Shown here in pieces: positions 10,363-19,689 of a stretch of DNA of 64,000 nucleotides (its first letter is position 1; each line of letters begins with the position of its first letter). The notes below the pieces were generated by a model. It saw only the letters and a list, made by a program, of their open reading frames with translations, had not been told where the DNA came from and searched no databases. Source of the DNA: an uncultured archaeon (GTDB lineage: Archaea; Asgardarchaeota; Thorarchaeia; Thorarchaeales; Thorarchaeaceae). The translations under genes and the position numbers were made by a program. Location of the stretch: positions 32,001 through 96,000 of the forward strand of contig CAZSWP010000002.1 in NCBI GenBank assembly GCA_964610875.1, given 5' to 3'.

Positions 10363-10968
10363 ATGTCCGCCAAAGACACCTCTGAACCAGTTGTCAAGGC
10401 AACTTTGTCCAAAACCATTTTCCCTGAGATATGTCCGGTATGCGGGGCCGAAGCCGAAGATTTTGTTTCTATAACTTACTATGCTAGTGGAGAGGAAGAT
10501 GATAAGGGTTCCTTGACAATGGAAGAATGGGGTTCTTCAAAGGATAGTATTGGAGCGAAAATGGCAACATCAAGAGGAGCTGTACTTTTCTGGGTACCAA
10601 CCTGTATACATCATGGCAGTAAATCTATGACCACGAGTCGAACAATGATGATTGCCATAATCGGCTTCATGTTATTATTCTATCCACTACTATTCTATGG
10701 TTTAGGAATCCTTTCTGCTATTTACTTCAATCGTCCTATATTTGAGAGTCTTATCCCGGTCCTCATCATTTTAGGAGCACTGATTGCATTATTATTCTAT
10801 GGATTCTATCCTCGATCACTTCAAAGGCAAATTCGTGTTCTTTCAACAAATCCATCCAGTGATGAGGTATATTTGATTTTTAGAAATACGGAATATCAAC
10901 AGAAATTCCTTGAACTAAACATCATGCATGCAGAAGTTGTAGATGCTAGTAAAACAGAAGAGTTTTGA
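10363..10968 (+). CDS. Hypothetical membrane protein with Zn-ribbon-like motif and two TM helices
   Basis: CPVCG and CIHH motifs; two hydrophobic segments. Confidence 0.65.
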   Translation: MSAKDTSEPVVKATLSKTIFPEICPVCGAEAEDFVSITYYASGEEDDKGSLTMEEWGSSKDSIGAKMATSRGAVLFWVPTCIHHGSKSMTTSRTMMIAIIGFMLLFYPLLFYGLGILSAIYFNRPIFESLIPVLIILGALIALLFYGFYPRSLQRQIRVLSTNPSSDEVYLIFRNTEYQQKFLELNIMHAEVVDASKTEEF

Positions 10969-11023
10969 TTGAATGGAAAATCTAAAGAGATGATGTTTTT
11001 CTAAGACTATCAATTGACGGTTA

Positions 11024-12208
11024 TTGGAGGGTACCACCATTAAGACAAGAATAGCATTCATGCTTCTAATTCTACCATTACTTCTAGTTACAAGTGTACC
11101 CCATCAAATTCATGCAGCGGAAAATACATCTACAGGGAAACAAACAGCTCAGCAATATACTCCTTTTAGTAGAATTACAATACAGGAGGACTCCCAATTT
11201 AGTAACCTCTTTCCTGGAAATGGTACTGAGAACAACCCATACCTTATCGAACGTCTCAACATAACTAATCCTACATCATCTATACAAATAATGTCAACAC
11301 GAGCACACTTCGTAATCAGGAATTGCTGGTTGACTTCCGAATATGTTACAGTTGGTTTCACTGATGTAAAAAATGGAAGAATCGAGAACTGTAGAATTAT
11401 GGATGCAAACCAGGGCGTTTGGATTACTAATTGCACAGATATAACAATAGAGAACACTTGGATTTCAGGATGTGATGATGGCATTCTGATAAATTGGGGA
11501 GCAGACCTAACGATAGAAAATTGTCGTATTGACCATAATCAGATTGGATTGGAGCAAATTGACACAAACAGAACACTCATTGAAAACAATACCATCTATG
11601 GTAACAGGAATAGAGGGGCTGTCATAGGACTGAATTCACATAACAATTCCATAATAGACAACAGGATAGGCTGGAATGGAGGTCTTCTTGATGCGGTTCC
11701 TGTCGTCAATGGATTTGACAGGGGCATCAACAGTCTTTGGGAGTCTAACAGATGGAGTGATTATGATGGCGTTGGGGTTTATGAGATATCAGGAGGAGCT
11801 AATGCAAATGACAGCTTGGCAAGACCTCTCGTAGACACCATATTACCAGAGTTATCTGACGAAACCGATATTGTCTATATTCGTGGAGAAACAGGTAATG
11901 TTCTATCATGGTCCTGTAGTGATGAATATCCCTTCAGATATGTGATCTATCGAAACTCAGAAACTCATAGAATTCGTAATTGGTATGGAAATGATATTTC
12001 CATCAATGTCGATAATCTCAATTTTGGAGCTTACAATTTCACAATTGTTGTGCGTGATGCTGCAGGAAACGAGGTTTCACATTCTCTATATGTGCACGTT
12101 ACAATGGACATGTTTGGTGGTCAAGCCACAGTCATCATTCTCGGAGGGTCTGTATTGAGTGTGTTTGTGGTGCTTGTCACCATTGTGATCGTGAAAGCAA
12201 GAAAATGA
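11024..12208 (+). CDS. Cell-surface parallel beta-helix (NosD/CASH-like) protein with Ig-like domain and C-terminal TM anchor
   Basis: Signal peptide, GNGTENNPYLIE, repeated IxNCxI/GI units, NRWSDY, RDAAGNE, and a C-terminal hydrophobic helix followed by KARK. Confidence 0.8.
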   Translation: MEGTTIKTRIAFMLLILPLLLVTSVPHQIHAAENTSTGKQTAQQYTPFSRITIQEDSQFSNLFPGNGTENNPYLIERLNITNPTSSIQIMSTRAHFVIRNCWLTSEYVTVGFTDVKNGRIENCRIMDANQGVWITNCTDITIENTWISGCDDGILINWGADLTIENCRIDHNQIGLEQIDTNRTLIENNTIYGNRNRGAVIGLNSHNNSIIDNRIGWNGGLLDAVPVVNGFDRGINSLWESNRWSDYDGVGVYEISGGANANDSLARPLVDTILPELSDETDIVYIRGETGNVLSWSCSDEYPFRYVIYRNSETHRIRNWYGNDISINVDNLNFGAYNFTIVVRDAAGNEVSHSLYVHVTMDMFGGQATVIILGGSVLSVFVVLVTIVIVKARK

Positions 12209-12215
12209 AACTCTC

Positions 12216-12467
12216 TTACCGTTCATTGTAAATTGTACACACTTGGACACCAGAGTGATGTACCTCCATAAACGGTAATGGATCGTACTCTGTGAGGTTA
12301 TTCTATGTGTCTGGTCAACCTCACAATACTATGATTATCTTTTGCTATACAAAGACCTACAGATGTACATTCTTTATTCAATCATTCACTAAAGAAATGT
12401 CCAACTTTGACCAGATCTCTTGCAACTGTTGGCAACCCGTTGGCGTTTGTGATTTGCACAATCACAA
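12216..12467. promoter_or_regulatory. Inverted-repeat-rich region upstream of the por operon
   Basis: TTACCGTT/AACGGTAA (12216/12271), TGTGAGGTT/AACCTCACA (12291/12317), TCTGGTCAA/TTGACCAGA (12310/12407), TTGTGATT-N5-AATCACAA (12447-12467). Confidence 0.45.
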
Positions 12468-12632
12468 TTGATTGGTGTTATTCTAGGAGTAGCAGCAGTT
12501 AATGTGGTACTAGTTGTCCTGATCTAAAAGAAATGAAGCATAGATTTCAAACAGTAAGAGTACATGCCAGTAAATACATAAGAGAACCCCTCTCGAGTCA
12601 GGAATGAAGCTTCTCCCCTAGGTGAGATAATT

Positions 12633-13208
12633 ATGGCGCTTGACTTTGCGAAAGGTATTACTGAATTTCGCTGGCACGGTCGCGGTGGCCAAGGTGTGGT
12701 CACGAGCAACCAGATGCTAGGCAAAGCTGCCCTTGCGGAAGGCAACTATATACAAGCCTTCCCAGAGTTCGGTCCTGAGCGGACCGGAGCTCCCGTAAGG
12801 GCATTTTTGAGAATCAGTAAGGAACCAATTCAGGTCTACGCACAGGTATACAGTCCGGATGTTGTCGTGTGTATAGACCCGACCTTACTAGATGTAGTCA
12901 ACCCAGCCGAGGGACTCAAGAAAGAAGGCACACTTGTTATCAACACAGATAAAGAACCCGCAGACATTAGGAAGAAGTTCGATTTTGAAAGCGGGAAAGT
13001 TGTCACTGTTGATGCTAGCACTATAGCTATGGAAGTGATGGGACGTCCATTTTACAATATGCCAACAATGGCAGCCGCTGTGAAAGCAACGGGTGTTGTA
13101 GATGTAGACACAGTCATCCATGCCGTCCAAGAGAGATACCCCGGTAAAGTTGGCGATTTGAACAAGTCTGCAATTGAACGTGCAGTTTCGGAGGCGAAGA
13201 TCGGATGA
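12633..13208 (+). CDS. porC: Pyruvate/2-oxoacid:ferredoxin oxidoreductase gamma subunit
   Basis: EFRWHGRGGQGVVT, AFPEFGPERTGAPV. Confidence 0.95.
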   Translation: MALDFAKGITEFRWHGRGGQGVVTSNQMLGKAALAEGNYIQAFPEFGPERTGAPVRAFLRISKEPIQVYAQVYSPDVVVCIDPTLLDVVNPAEGLKKEGTLVINTDKEPADIRKKFDFESGKVVTVDASTIAMEVMGRPFYNMPTMAAAVKATGVVDVDTVIHAVQERYPGKVGDLNKSAIERAVSEAKIG

Positions 13209-13501
13209 GTGAAAAATACAATGAGATTCCAATGGCTGGCAATATCATAAAGCCAGGAAATGCCGTGGAGTACAAGACTGGTGGTTGGAGGTCCCAACGT
13301 CCAGTACATAATCCCGATACTTGCTTATGGGTAAAGAATGGTACGTGCGGCAGATGCTGGATATTCTGTCCTGACAATGCAGTTGTATTGAAAGAGCAAG
13401 ACGGAAAATTCAGTTACGAATACGATTTGGATTACTGTAAAGGCTGTGGAATTTGTGCGAACGAATGTCCTACAGACAGTATCACAATGGAGGGCGAATA
13501 G
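13205..13501 (+). CDS. porD: Pyruvate:ferredoxin oxidoreductase delta subunit
   Basis: KTGGWRSQRP, CWIFCPD, YCKGCGICANECP. Confidence 0.95.
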   Translation: MSEKYNEIPMAGNIIKPGNAVEYKTGGWRSQRPVHNPDTCLWVKNGTCGRCWIFCPDNAVVLKEQDGKFSYEYDLDYCKGCGICANECPTDSITMEGE

Positions 13502-14707
13502 ATGACTTCTGTTGAAAAGATTCCAGACGATAAGATTGAGATTGAAGGTCTCACAGGTGATGCAGCAATTGCCCATGCGATGAAACAGTGTGACATTGAT
13601 GTTGTTGCAGCTTATCCAATCACTCCACAGACAATTATCGTGGAGGATTTCCAGAGATTCGCTGCAGATGGCGAAGTGAAGACGAAGGTCATTCCGGTAG
13701 AGTCTGAACACAGCGCGATGTCAGCCTGTGTAGGTGCTTCTGCTGTAGGAGCTAGAGTAGCTACTGCATCAGCATCAGCAGGACTTGCACTCATGTGGGA
13801 GATTCTGTACTGTGCAGCATCAATGCGGATGCCAATCGTGTTCACAGTGGCGAATCGCGCCCTGTCAGCACCAATCAATATCCACAACGACCACAGCGAT
13901 GGAATGGGTATGCGTGACAGCGGTTTCATCCAACTCTATTGTCAGAGCTGTCAGGAAGCCTATGATACAACCATCATGGCATTCAAGCTTGCTGAAGACC
14001 ACGATGTCCTGCTTCCGGTTATGGTAGGCATTGACGGTTTCATTCTCAGCCACAATGTTGAACGTGTAGAAATGTTACCCACTGAGGCGATTCACAAGTA
14101 CCTCGGTGTCAGAGACCCATTCATCGCACTCGACCCGGACAAACCAATCACTATGGGCCCACTTGCTCTTACTGACTACTACTTTGAATTTAAGGAACAG
14201 CAGGATGAAGCAATGGGTAATGTGATTGAGGCTTATCACAAGGTCGAAGCAGAATGGGAAAAAATGACCGGTCGCAAGTACGGTCTCTTTGAAGAACATA
14301 AGACAGAGGACGCAGACATTATCTTCCTTGCAATGAGCACCATGGGCGGTACGGTAAAAGCAACTGTTGATGTTCTTAGAGAAGAAGGCGAAAAGGTCGG
14401 AGCCATCAGACTCAAGATGTTCAGACCATTCCCAGGTGAACAACTAGCCAAGGCTCTCAAGAAGGCTAAGGCAGTGGTCGTCTTTGAGAAGGCGATGTCC
14501 TTTGGCGCTGCTACAAACCCACTTGCTCTTGAGATACGCAGTTCCCTCTATGATGAAGAAACAAAACCAATGGTCGTCAACTTCGTTGTTGGACTCGGTG
14601 GACGTGATGTGCCACCTACAACATTTGTAGAAGGCTATGAGAAAGCAAAGGAGTACGTCAAGAAAGGCAAGGCTCCAATGTACGAAACACTGGGGGTGCG
14701 TAAGTAA
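13502..14707 (+). CDS. porA: Pyruvate:ferredoxin oxidoreductase alpha subunit
   Basis: AYPITPQT, ESEHSAMS, NRALSAPINIHNDHSD, GLGGRD. Confidence 0.95.
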   Translation: MTSVEKIPDDKIEIEGLTGDAAIAHAMKQCDIDVVAAYPITPQTIIVEDFQRFAADGEVKTKVIPVESEHSAMSACVGASAVGARVATASASAGLALMWEILYCAASMRMPIVFTVANRALSAPINIHNDHSDGMGMRDSGFIQLYCQSCQEAYDTTIMAFKLAEDHDVLLPVMVGIDGFILSHNVERVEMLPTEAIHKYLGVRDPFIALDPDKPITMGPLALTDYYFEFKEQQDEAMGNVIEAYHKVEAEWEKMTGRKYGLFEEHKTEDADIIFLAMSTMGGTVKATVDVLREEGEKVGAIRLKMFRPFPGEQLAKALKKAKAVVVFEKAMSFGAATNPLALEIRSSLYDEETKPMVVNFVVGLGGRDVPPTTFVEGYEKAKEYVKKGKAPMYETLGVRK

Positions 14708-15657
14708 TGGAAGACGCAGCAGTATCAATCAAAGACATGCTCAAGAAAGATAAGATTCTCTCATCAGGTCACAGGATGTGCGCAGGATGCGCTGCCCCGA
14801 CAATTGTGAAATTGATGGGCATGGCACTTCGCGGACCAACTATTGTCTGTGAGGCAACTGGCTGTCTTGAGGTAGCAACAACCATCTATCCCTATACAGC
14901 TTGGGAGATACCCTGGATTCACGTAGCATTTGAGAACGCAGCAGCAGTCGCATCAGGCGTTGCTGAAGCAATCAATGCAATGCGTGATAAAGGACGCTAC
15001 AAGCACGACCACGTTGATGTCATTGCAATCGGTGGAGACGGTGGAACTTTTGACATTGGCTTTGGATCCCTGAGCGGTGCGCTCGAACGAGATCATGACT
15101 TTGTGTACATGGTCTACGACAACGGGGCTTATCAGAACACAGGAATTCAACGTTCAGGTGGTACATTCCCAGGTCAGGAAACCACAACCTCATGGGCTGG
15201 AAAAGTATCCCCAGGTAAGGAACAACGCAAGAAACCCTTGTCGGAGATTGTCGCAGCACACAGAATTCCCTATGTTGCCACAGTTGATCCATACCACTAC
15301 AGGGACTTTGTAACCAAGTTCAGAAAGGGCTTAGAAGTAGAGGGACCTGCATTCATTCACGCATTCTCTCCATGTCCACGTGGTTGGCGATCTGAAACTG
15401 GTAGAAGCATCGAGCTGGCAAAGCTTGCTGTAGAGACCGGACTACATCCACTGTATGAGGTCATTGATGGCAAGGAATGGAAACTGTCAGGCCCGAGTAA
15501 GAGATTAAAAGAGCTGACACCTGTTGATGAATACTTCAAGACACAAGGTCAATTCAAACATCTCTTCAAACCACAATGGGAAGACTTTCGCAAGCAGATT
15601 CAGGAACAGGTCACCGCTGACTGGGAATACCTGAAACAACGTTGTGGGGTCGAATAA
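14707..15657 (+). CDS. porB: Pyruvate:ferredoxin oxidoreductase beta subunit
   Basis: GHRMCAGC, TGCLEV, GGDGGTFDIG, YDNGAYQNTGIQRS, PCPRGW. Confidence 0.95.
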   Translation: MEDAAVSIKDMLKKDKILSSGHRMCAGCAAPTIVKLMGMALRGPTIVCEATGCLEVATTIYPYTAWEIPWIHVAFENAAAVASGVAEAINAMRDKGRYKHDHVDVIAIGGDGGTFDIGFGSLSGALERDHDFVYMVYDNGAYQNTGIQRSGGTFPGQETTTSWAGKVSPGKEQRKKPLSEIVAAHRIPYVATVDPYHYRDFVTKFRKGLEVEGPAFIHAFSPCPRGWRSETGRSIELAKLAVETGLHPLYEVIDGKEWKLSGPSKRLKELTPVDEYFKTQGQFKHLFKPQWEDFRKQIQEQVTADWEYLKQRCGVE

Positions 15658-15664
15658 AACTAAA

Positions 15665-15707
15665 TGATAGCTGGAGTAATACACTCCAGCATCAATTCTT
15701 CTTTTTT
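15665..15707 (+). terminator. Hairpin plus T-tract terminator after porB
   Basis: GCTGGAGT-AATAC-ACTCCAGC followed by ATCAATTCTTCTTTTTT. Confidence 0.7.
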
Positions 15708-15747
15708 AGAATTGAGATCAACAAAATTGTACCAATTGTGAGTACAT

Positions 15748-16386
15748 TCATAAACTATCTGTACTCACTAGGAATCCAATATCATCGAACAAGAATTCAA
15801 GATATTCATCTTGAATTAGCTTGTACATCTTGAATGCCATTTCTCGTATCTCAAAATCAGCAACATGTTCTGTTCTCAGGGTGAAAAAGTTCCGTAGAGA
15901 ACGCGCATTCACTGTCATCACAAGATCGGTTCTAGTTTCTTGAGGAAGCTTTCTTCTTGCAACATCCACATCATACCCTTTGTCAATCCATTTCTTATAG
16001 ACCAGAATTGCGTGTTCAATATCGCTAATCCATTCATCTCTATCTCTGTCTTTCAAATGAGGGGGGATTACGAAGTGCTCAGGAGAAAGGTCTCTCTTCT
16101 TTCTCAGACTCATTTGTGTATAAGAAGCCATTCTATGACGGACTAGTTGATGTGAAGCAACACGCGAGATACTGACCCAGAACTGAAAAACGATATGTTC
16201 GAGAACACTCTCATGTCCAAGCTCTATCATCTTTTGCAAAAACTGCTTTGCTTTCTCTAATGACAAGTCCTCCACAAATTCAGAATAAGGTTCGTCCTTT
16301 CGAGAAACCATACCTGCAGCTGCAGCATCAATCAAGCTTTGCTGGGAGGGGATTCCTGATTTTGTCCACTCAACGAACACATCCAC
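15748..16386 (-). CDS. thyX: FAD-dependent thymidylate synthase
   Basis: GHESVLEH, ISRVASHQLVRHRMASYTQMSLR, NARSLRNFFTLR, EIREMA. Confidence 0.93.
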   Translation of the reverse strand: MDVFVEWTKSGIPSQQSLIDAAAAGMVSRKDEPYSEFVEDLSLEKAKQFLQKMIELGHESVLEHIVFQFWVSISRVASHQLVRHRMASYTQMSLRKKRDLSPEHFVIPPHLKDRDRDEWISDIEHAILVYKKWIDKGYDVDVARRKLPQETRTDLVMTVNARSLRNFFTLRTEHVADFEIREMAFKMYKLIQDEYLEFLFDDIGFLVSTDSL

Positions 16387-16470
16387 GTCATGAACACCTC
16401 AAATCTATGGCACTTCCAACCAAATATGGAATTATAGGTATCGCTTGGAAGACATCTCCGACAAATAGAC

Positions 16471-17010
16471 TCAGAGAATATTTGAGGCCAACTTCTCACC
16501 TTGATCGCCCAGTTCCTTTACGAGGTCTCTAGCCAACTGCATACGACTCTCACGATAAGCACTTGCCCTTGCAGGAGGGAGAAAGTCATCGACATCGGAG
16601 AGGTTGTCCTGAATATCAAGCAATTTGATAATCTTCGCCTCATCAGGACCCTTGAGCAGTTTCTCTCTGTAAAGTTTAAATCGGTCTGGAGTTCCTGCTT
16701 CCGGTTTAGTCAGAGCCTCAACAATTTTAGCGATAGTGGACCCAAACCGCTCTTCAATTTCATCTATAGGGATATCAGAATCCTCTACAACATCATGCAA
16801 TAGAGCAGCCATAATACTCTCAACTCCAAGACCAATATCTGCAGCATGTATTGCAACTCGTAAGGGATGAACAATATAGGGTTCTGTGGTTGAACGTTCA
16901 TGAGTTTGATGCGCATTCAATGCAAAATGGAATGCGTCTGAAATATGCATGAGGTCTTCTTGTGTGAAACTACCTTCTCTCATTGTTGGCACGAAAATTC
17001 CACGTCCCAC
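16471..17010 (-). CDS. Stand-alone RelA/SpoT-type HD hydrolase (Mesh1/small alarmone hydrolase-like)
   Basis: AH..ER..EPYIVHPLRVA, AALLHDVVED, VEALTK, IKLLDIQDNL; start may be ATG 16983. Confidence 0.8.
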   Translation of the reverse strand: MGRGIFVPTMREGSFTQEDLMHISDAFHFALNAHQTHERSTTEPYIVHPLRVAIHAADIGLGVESIMAALLHDVVEDSDIPIDEIEERFGSTIAKIVEALTKPEAGTPDRFKLYREKLLKGPDEAKIIKLLDIQDNLSDVDDFLPPARASAYRESRMQLARDLVKELGDQGEKLASNIL

Positions 17011-17046
17011 AAGAACTTAAGAAAGATGGTTCTATACATAATCCAA

Positions 17047-17859
17047 ATGTCAGACTCCATTGTATTTACAGAGGGAAGACCTCTGATAATGGGACATCGA
17101 GGAGACCCTGGTGTAGCACCTGAGAATACAATTCAATCCATGAAAAGCGCAGTGGAAGCTGGTGTTGATTTTTTAGAGACAGATGTTCGCATTACTAAAG
17201 ATGACCGACTCGTTCTCTTTCATGATGATGGTCTTCAGAGGACCACTGGCACTGAGGGAATCGTGAGAGAAAAGACATTAGATGAATTACTGAATTTGGA
17301 TATAGGATACGGACTGAGTCCAGACCAAGGAGAGTCATTTCCATTCCGAGGAAAGGAATACAAAATCACTTTACTCGGTGATGCGCTTGAAACCTTTGCA
17401 GATACAGGATTTAATCTGGATATGAAAAGTGAAGAGAAGCATGTACCACAACTATTAGCGGATCTTATCAAAACACATCAGAGAGAGGATTCAGTTATAG
17501 TTGGATCATTTCATGATCAACAGATTCATACCTTCAGAAGACTGATGCCAGAAACAGCAACTGCTGCTTGCCCCGCAGAAGTCACCAAGTTTGTATTTGC
17601 TCTGAAAATGCGTGTAATAGGGCTCTTCTCAAAAAGATGTAAATATGAAGCATTCCAAATCCCACGAAAATATGGAAGAATAAATATTGTGGATGAGAGA
17701 TTCATCAAAGCATCGCATGAGCGTAACATTGCCATTCATGTGTGGACAATCAATGAAAGGGATGAAATGCTGGAACTTATAGAACTCGGCGTTGATGGAA
17801 TCTTTACTGATGACCCAAGTCTGCTTCGGAGTGTTCTGAAAGAACAAGGACTACTCTAA
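17047..17859 (+). CDS. Glycerophosphodiester phosphodiesterase
   Basis: GHRG, APENT, ETDVRITKD, FHD, HVWTIN, GVDGIFTDDP; ATG 17047 preferred over the overlapping upstream start. Confidence 0.92.
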   Translation: MSDSIVFTEGRPLIMGHRGDPGVAPENTIQSMKSAVEAGVDFLETDVRITKDDRLVLFHDDGLQRTTGTEGIVREKTLDELLNLDIGYGLSPDQGESFPFRGKEYKITLLGDALETFADTGFNLDMKSEEKHVPQLLADLIKTHQREDSVIVGSFHDQQIHTFRRLMPETATAACPAEVTKFVFALKMRVIGLFSKRCKYEAFQIPRKYGRINIVDERFIKASHERNIAIHVWTINERDEMLELIELGVDGIFTDDPSLLRSVLKEQGLL

Positions 17860-17993
17860 ACTATTGTTTGTCATATCTAAGGGCACGCGAAATAGCTTAA
17901 TATGCTACTTTCAAGAAGGCGAATTGTAGAGCCGTTCTTTGCTGATTACGGCAGAAAGAGGCTTGACCGTAGACCAATGTGGAGAAAACAACT

Positions 17994-18131
17994 ATGACAT
18001 GTCCCGAATTCAATGCTGAAGAAAACAAATGCGGTGTTGACGGATTCAAGTTTTACGAGGGTATGAACAAGCCCTGTGATACTCCAGGTATGAACAAGGA
18101 CAAATGTCCTCGTTTTGCCATGAGTGGCTAA
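17994..18131 (+). CDS. Unannotated 45-aa protein with four Cys (MTCPEFNAEENKCGVDGFKFYEGMNKPCDTPGMNKDKCPRFAMSG)
   Basis: Read by hand: GGAG SD at 17981-17984, ATG 17994, TAA 18129-18131; candidate TATA ~17897; flanked by hairpins. Confidence 0.7.
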   Translation: MTCPEFNAEENKCGVDGFKFYEGMNKPCDTPGMNKDKCPRFAMSG

Positions 18132-18164
18132 AAGCTAGAGTCCCCCGTATTTTATGACCCAGTA

Positions 18165-18202
18165 GACTGAGTAAGACGCGTGTTTTTCCGCGTCTCTCAG
18201 TC
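18165..18202 (+). terminator. Strong hairpin downstream of the small ORF (terminator, stabiliser or ncRNA)
   Basis: GACTGAG-TA-AGACGCG-TGTTTTTC-CGCGTCT-CTCAGTC. Confidence 0.5.
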
Positions 18203-18411
18203 AACTTATTGTGAAGAGTCATCTACTGAGAATTTTTAGATAATATTCATCATTTACGGTATGTAGTCATGCCTGTAACCTATCCAATTCACTATACCAT
18301 AAGAGATGATTTGAAGAGCATTCAGTGATAAAGAGCCATATTATCAAAAAGCAGTAAGAGTTATCAACACTGACTCATCTGAACGCAAATCATAACTGGT
18401 GGAAATATACA

Positions 18412-18678
18412 ATGGTCAAGGCCTATGTTCTGATCAAGACTGAGAGTGGTAAAGAAGATCACGTACTACGTGAATTACTCGAACTGACAGTTACCGAAGA
18501 AGCCCACAAGGTCTTTGGCCCCTTCGATATAATCGCAGAGGTTAGAGGACGAGACATGGAATCCTTAGTTGAGATAATAACTGGGAAAATACGACGAATT
18601 GAAGGCACCACTGATACACAGTCACTGATGGCAATTGATGTTGAGATTGATATGGTATCTTCTAGTCTCGCTAGCTGA
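18412..18678 (+). CDS. Stand-alone Lrp/AsnC ligand-binding (RAM) domain protein
   Basis: KAYVLIKTESG, VFGPFDIIAEV, IRRIEGTTDTQS. Confidence 0.88.
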   Translation: MVKAYVLIKTESGKEDHVLRELLELTVTEEAHKVFGPFDIIAEVRGRDMESLVEIITGKIRRIEGTTDTQSLMAIDVEIDMVSSSLAS

Positions 18679-18750
18679 CAAGCAAAAATCGGTCTTACAG
18701 ATATATAGTTCGTCCAAATTACAGTTAATAGGAAGCAGAAAGACTTCCAT

Positions 18751-19611
18751 TTGGAACCAAACCCAAAGGAGGATACCGGGATTCCAGTAAAAACTCTTTC
18801 AAGAAAGCCATTTCTATTAATGCTACAAGACGATTCAGGCGAACTATCTCACGTGAAACTGGATCCAAGTTTGATTAGCAGTGACAATGCTATCATTGTG
18901 CTCGATGAGTATAATGACACAACCTGGGTATGGATAGGGCGCGATGTCAACATGCCCACAAGAATGCATGCCCTGAGAATGGGTAGAAGTGTTCAGAAAT
19001 CAGGATACAAGGTGGGAGTGACAACTATCGGTATGGCACTTGACAATTATGTTGAGATGCTTGAAAAGAACGATAGTGACTCAGATGCCATCGCTCGTTT
19101 CAGAGAGGTGGTCGGTGCAAAATACAAGTTTGATGATGGCGTGCTAGCATATGATGAATCAAAAGCAAAAGAATGGGAGGCTGAAAGCCCTCAGATTGTG
19201 GATTCACGAGACGCAGTTGAACCTTCTTCAACACCGCAACCACCGCCAAGTCCGAAACCTGAAACTCCAAAAACAAAGCCTGTAGAAGTTGTTGCTGAAA
19301 CAGTGGAAACGACTCCTACTCCGGCTGCAAAGCCATCTGCAGTCAGCACCGGGGTTGAACCAGAAATACCTCGTGCAGATAAGAAAACAGCCTACCTGAT
19401 TTATTCAGCTGTCAAAAATGCAGACCTTGTCTATACAGAGCGATTTGAACGCAGTGGAAAATCTGGAGTTAAAATTGAAGCTCCTGGTGTGATGATGATT
19501 GAAGTCATACAGGATGGAGATAATCTCACTATAGAACCACCAGATTTTGGGAACACTGAAACCGCCACAAAGATTCGTAATGAGTACAACTCTTGGATCA
19601 AGAAATTATAA
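18751..19611 (+). CDS. Gelsolin-like domain protein with Pro-rich linker and C-terminal domain
   Basis: SLISSDNAIIVLDEYNDTTWVWIG matches the gelsolin-domain core (LxSxDxFILD...IYVWxG); PQPPPSPKP linker. Confidence 0.65.
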   Translation: MEPNPKEDTGIPVKTLSRKPFLLMLQDDSGELSHVKLDPSLISSDNAIIVLDEYNDTTWVWIGRDVNMPTRMHALRMGRSVQKSGYKVGVTTIGMALDNYVEMLEKNDSDSDAIARFREVVGAKYKFDDGVLAYDESKAKEWEAESPQIVDSRDAVEPSSTPQPPPSPKPETPKTKPVEVVAETVETTPTPAAKPSAVSTGVEPEIPRADKKTAYLIYSAVKNADLVYTERFERSGKSGVKIEAPGVMMIEVIQDGDNLTIEPPDFGNTETATKIRNEYNSWIKKL

Positions 19612-19646
19612 TCCACGTGATATAGAATACAACCAATACGACTTTA

Positions 19647-19689
19647 GATGGGGTTCTTAGTAGCCCCATCATTAGTCATTTTTCATTCT
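19647..19689 (+). terminator. Hairpin between convergent genes, followed by a T-rich tract
   Basis: GATGGGGTT-CTTAGT-AGCCCCATC then ATTTTTCATTCTT. Confidence 0.6.

Noticed and set aside
12331-12471. 46-aa Cys-containing ORF (MIIFCYTK...) upstream of porC
   Set aside because: No SD, and it overlaps the inverted repeats; probably chance
17977-18230. Selenoprotein read-through or SECIS, or a C/D box sRNA
   Set aside because: The TGA-containing frame gives no sensible protein while the other frame gives a clean ORF; the hairpins lack a convincing SECIS core or box C
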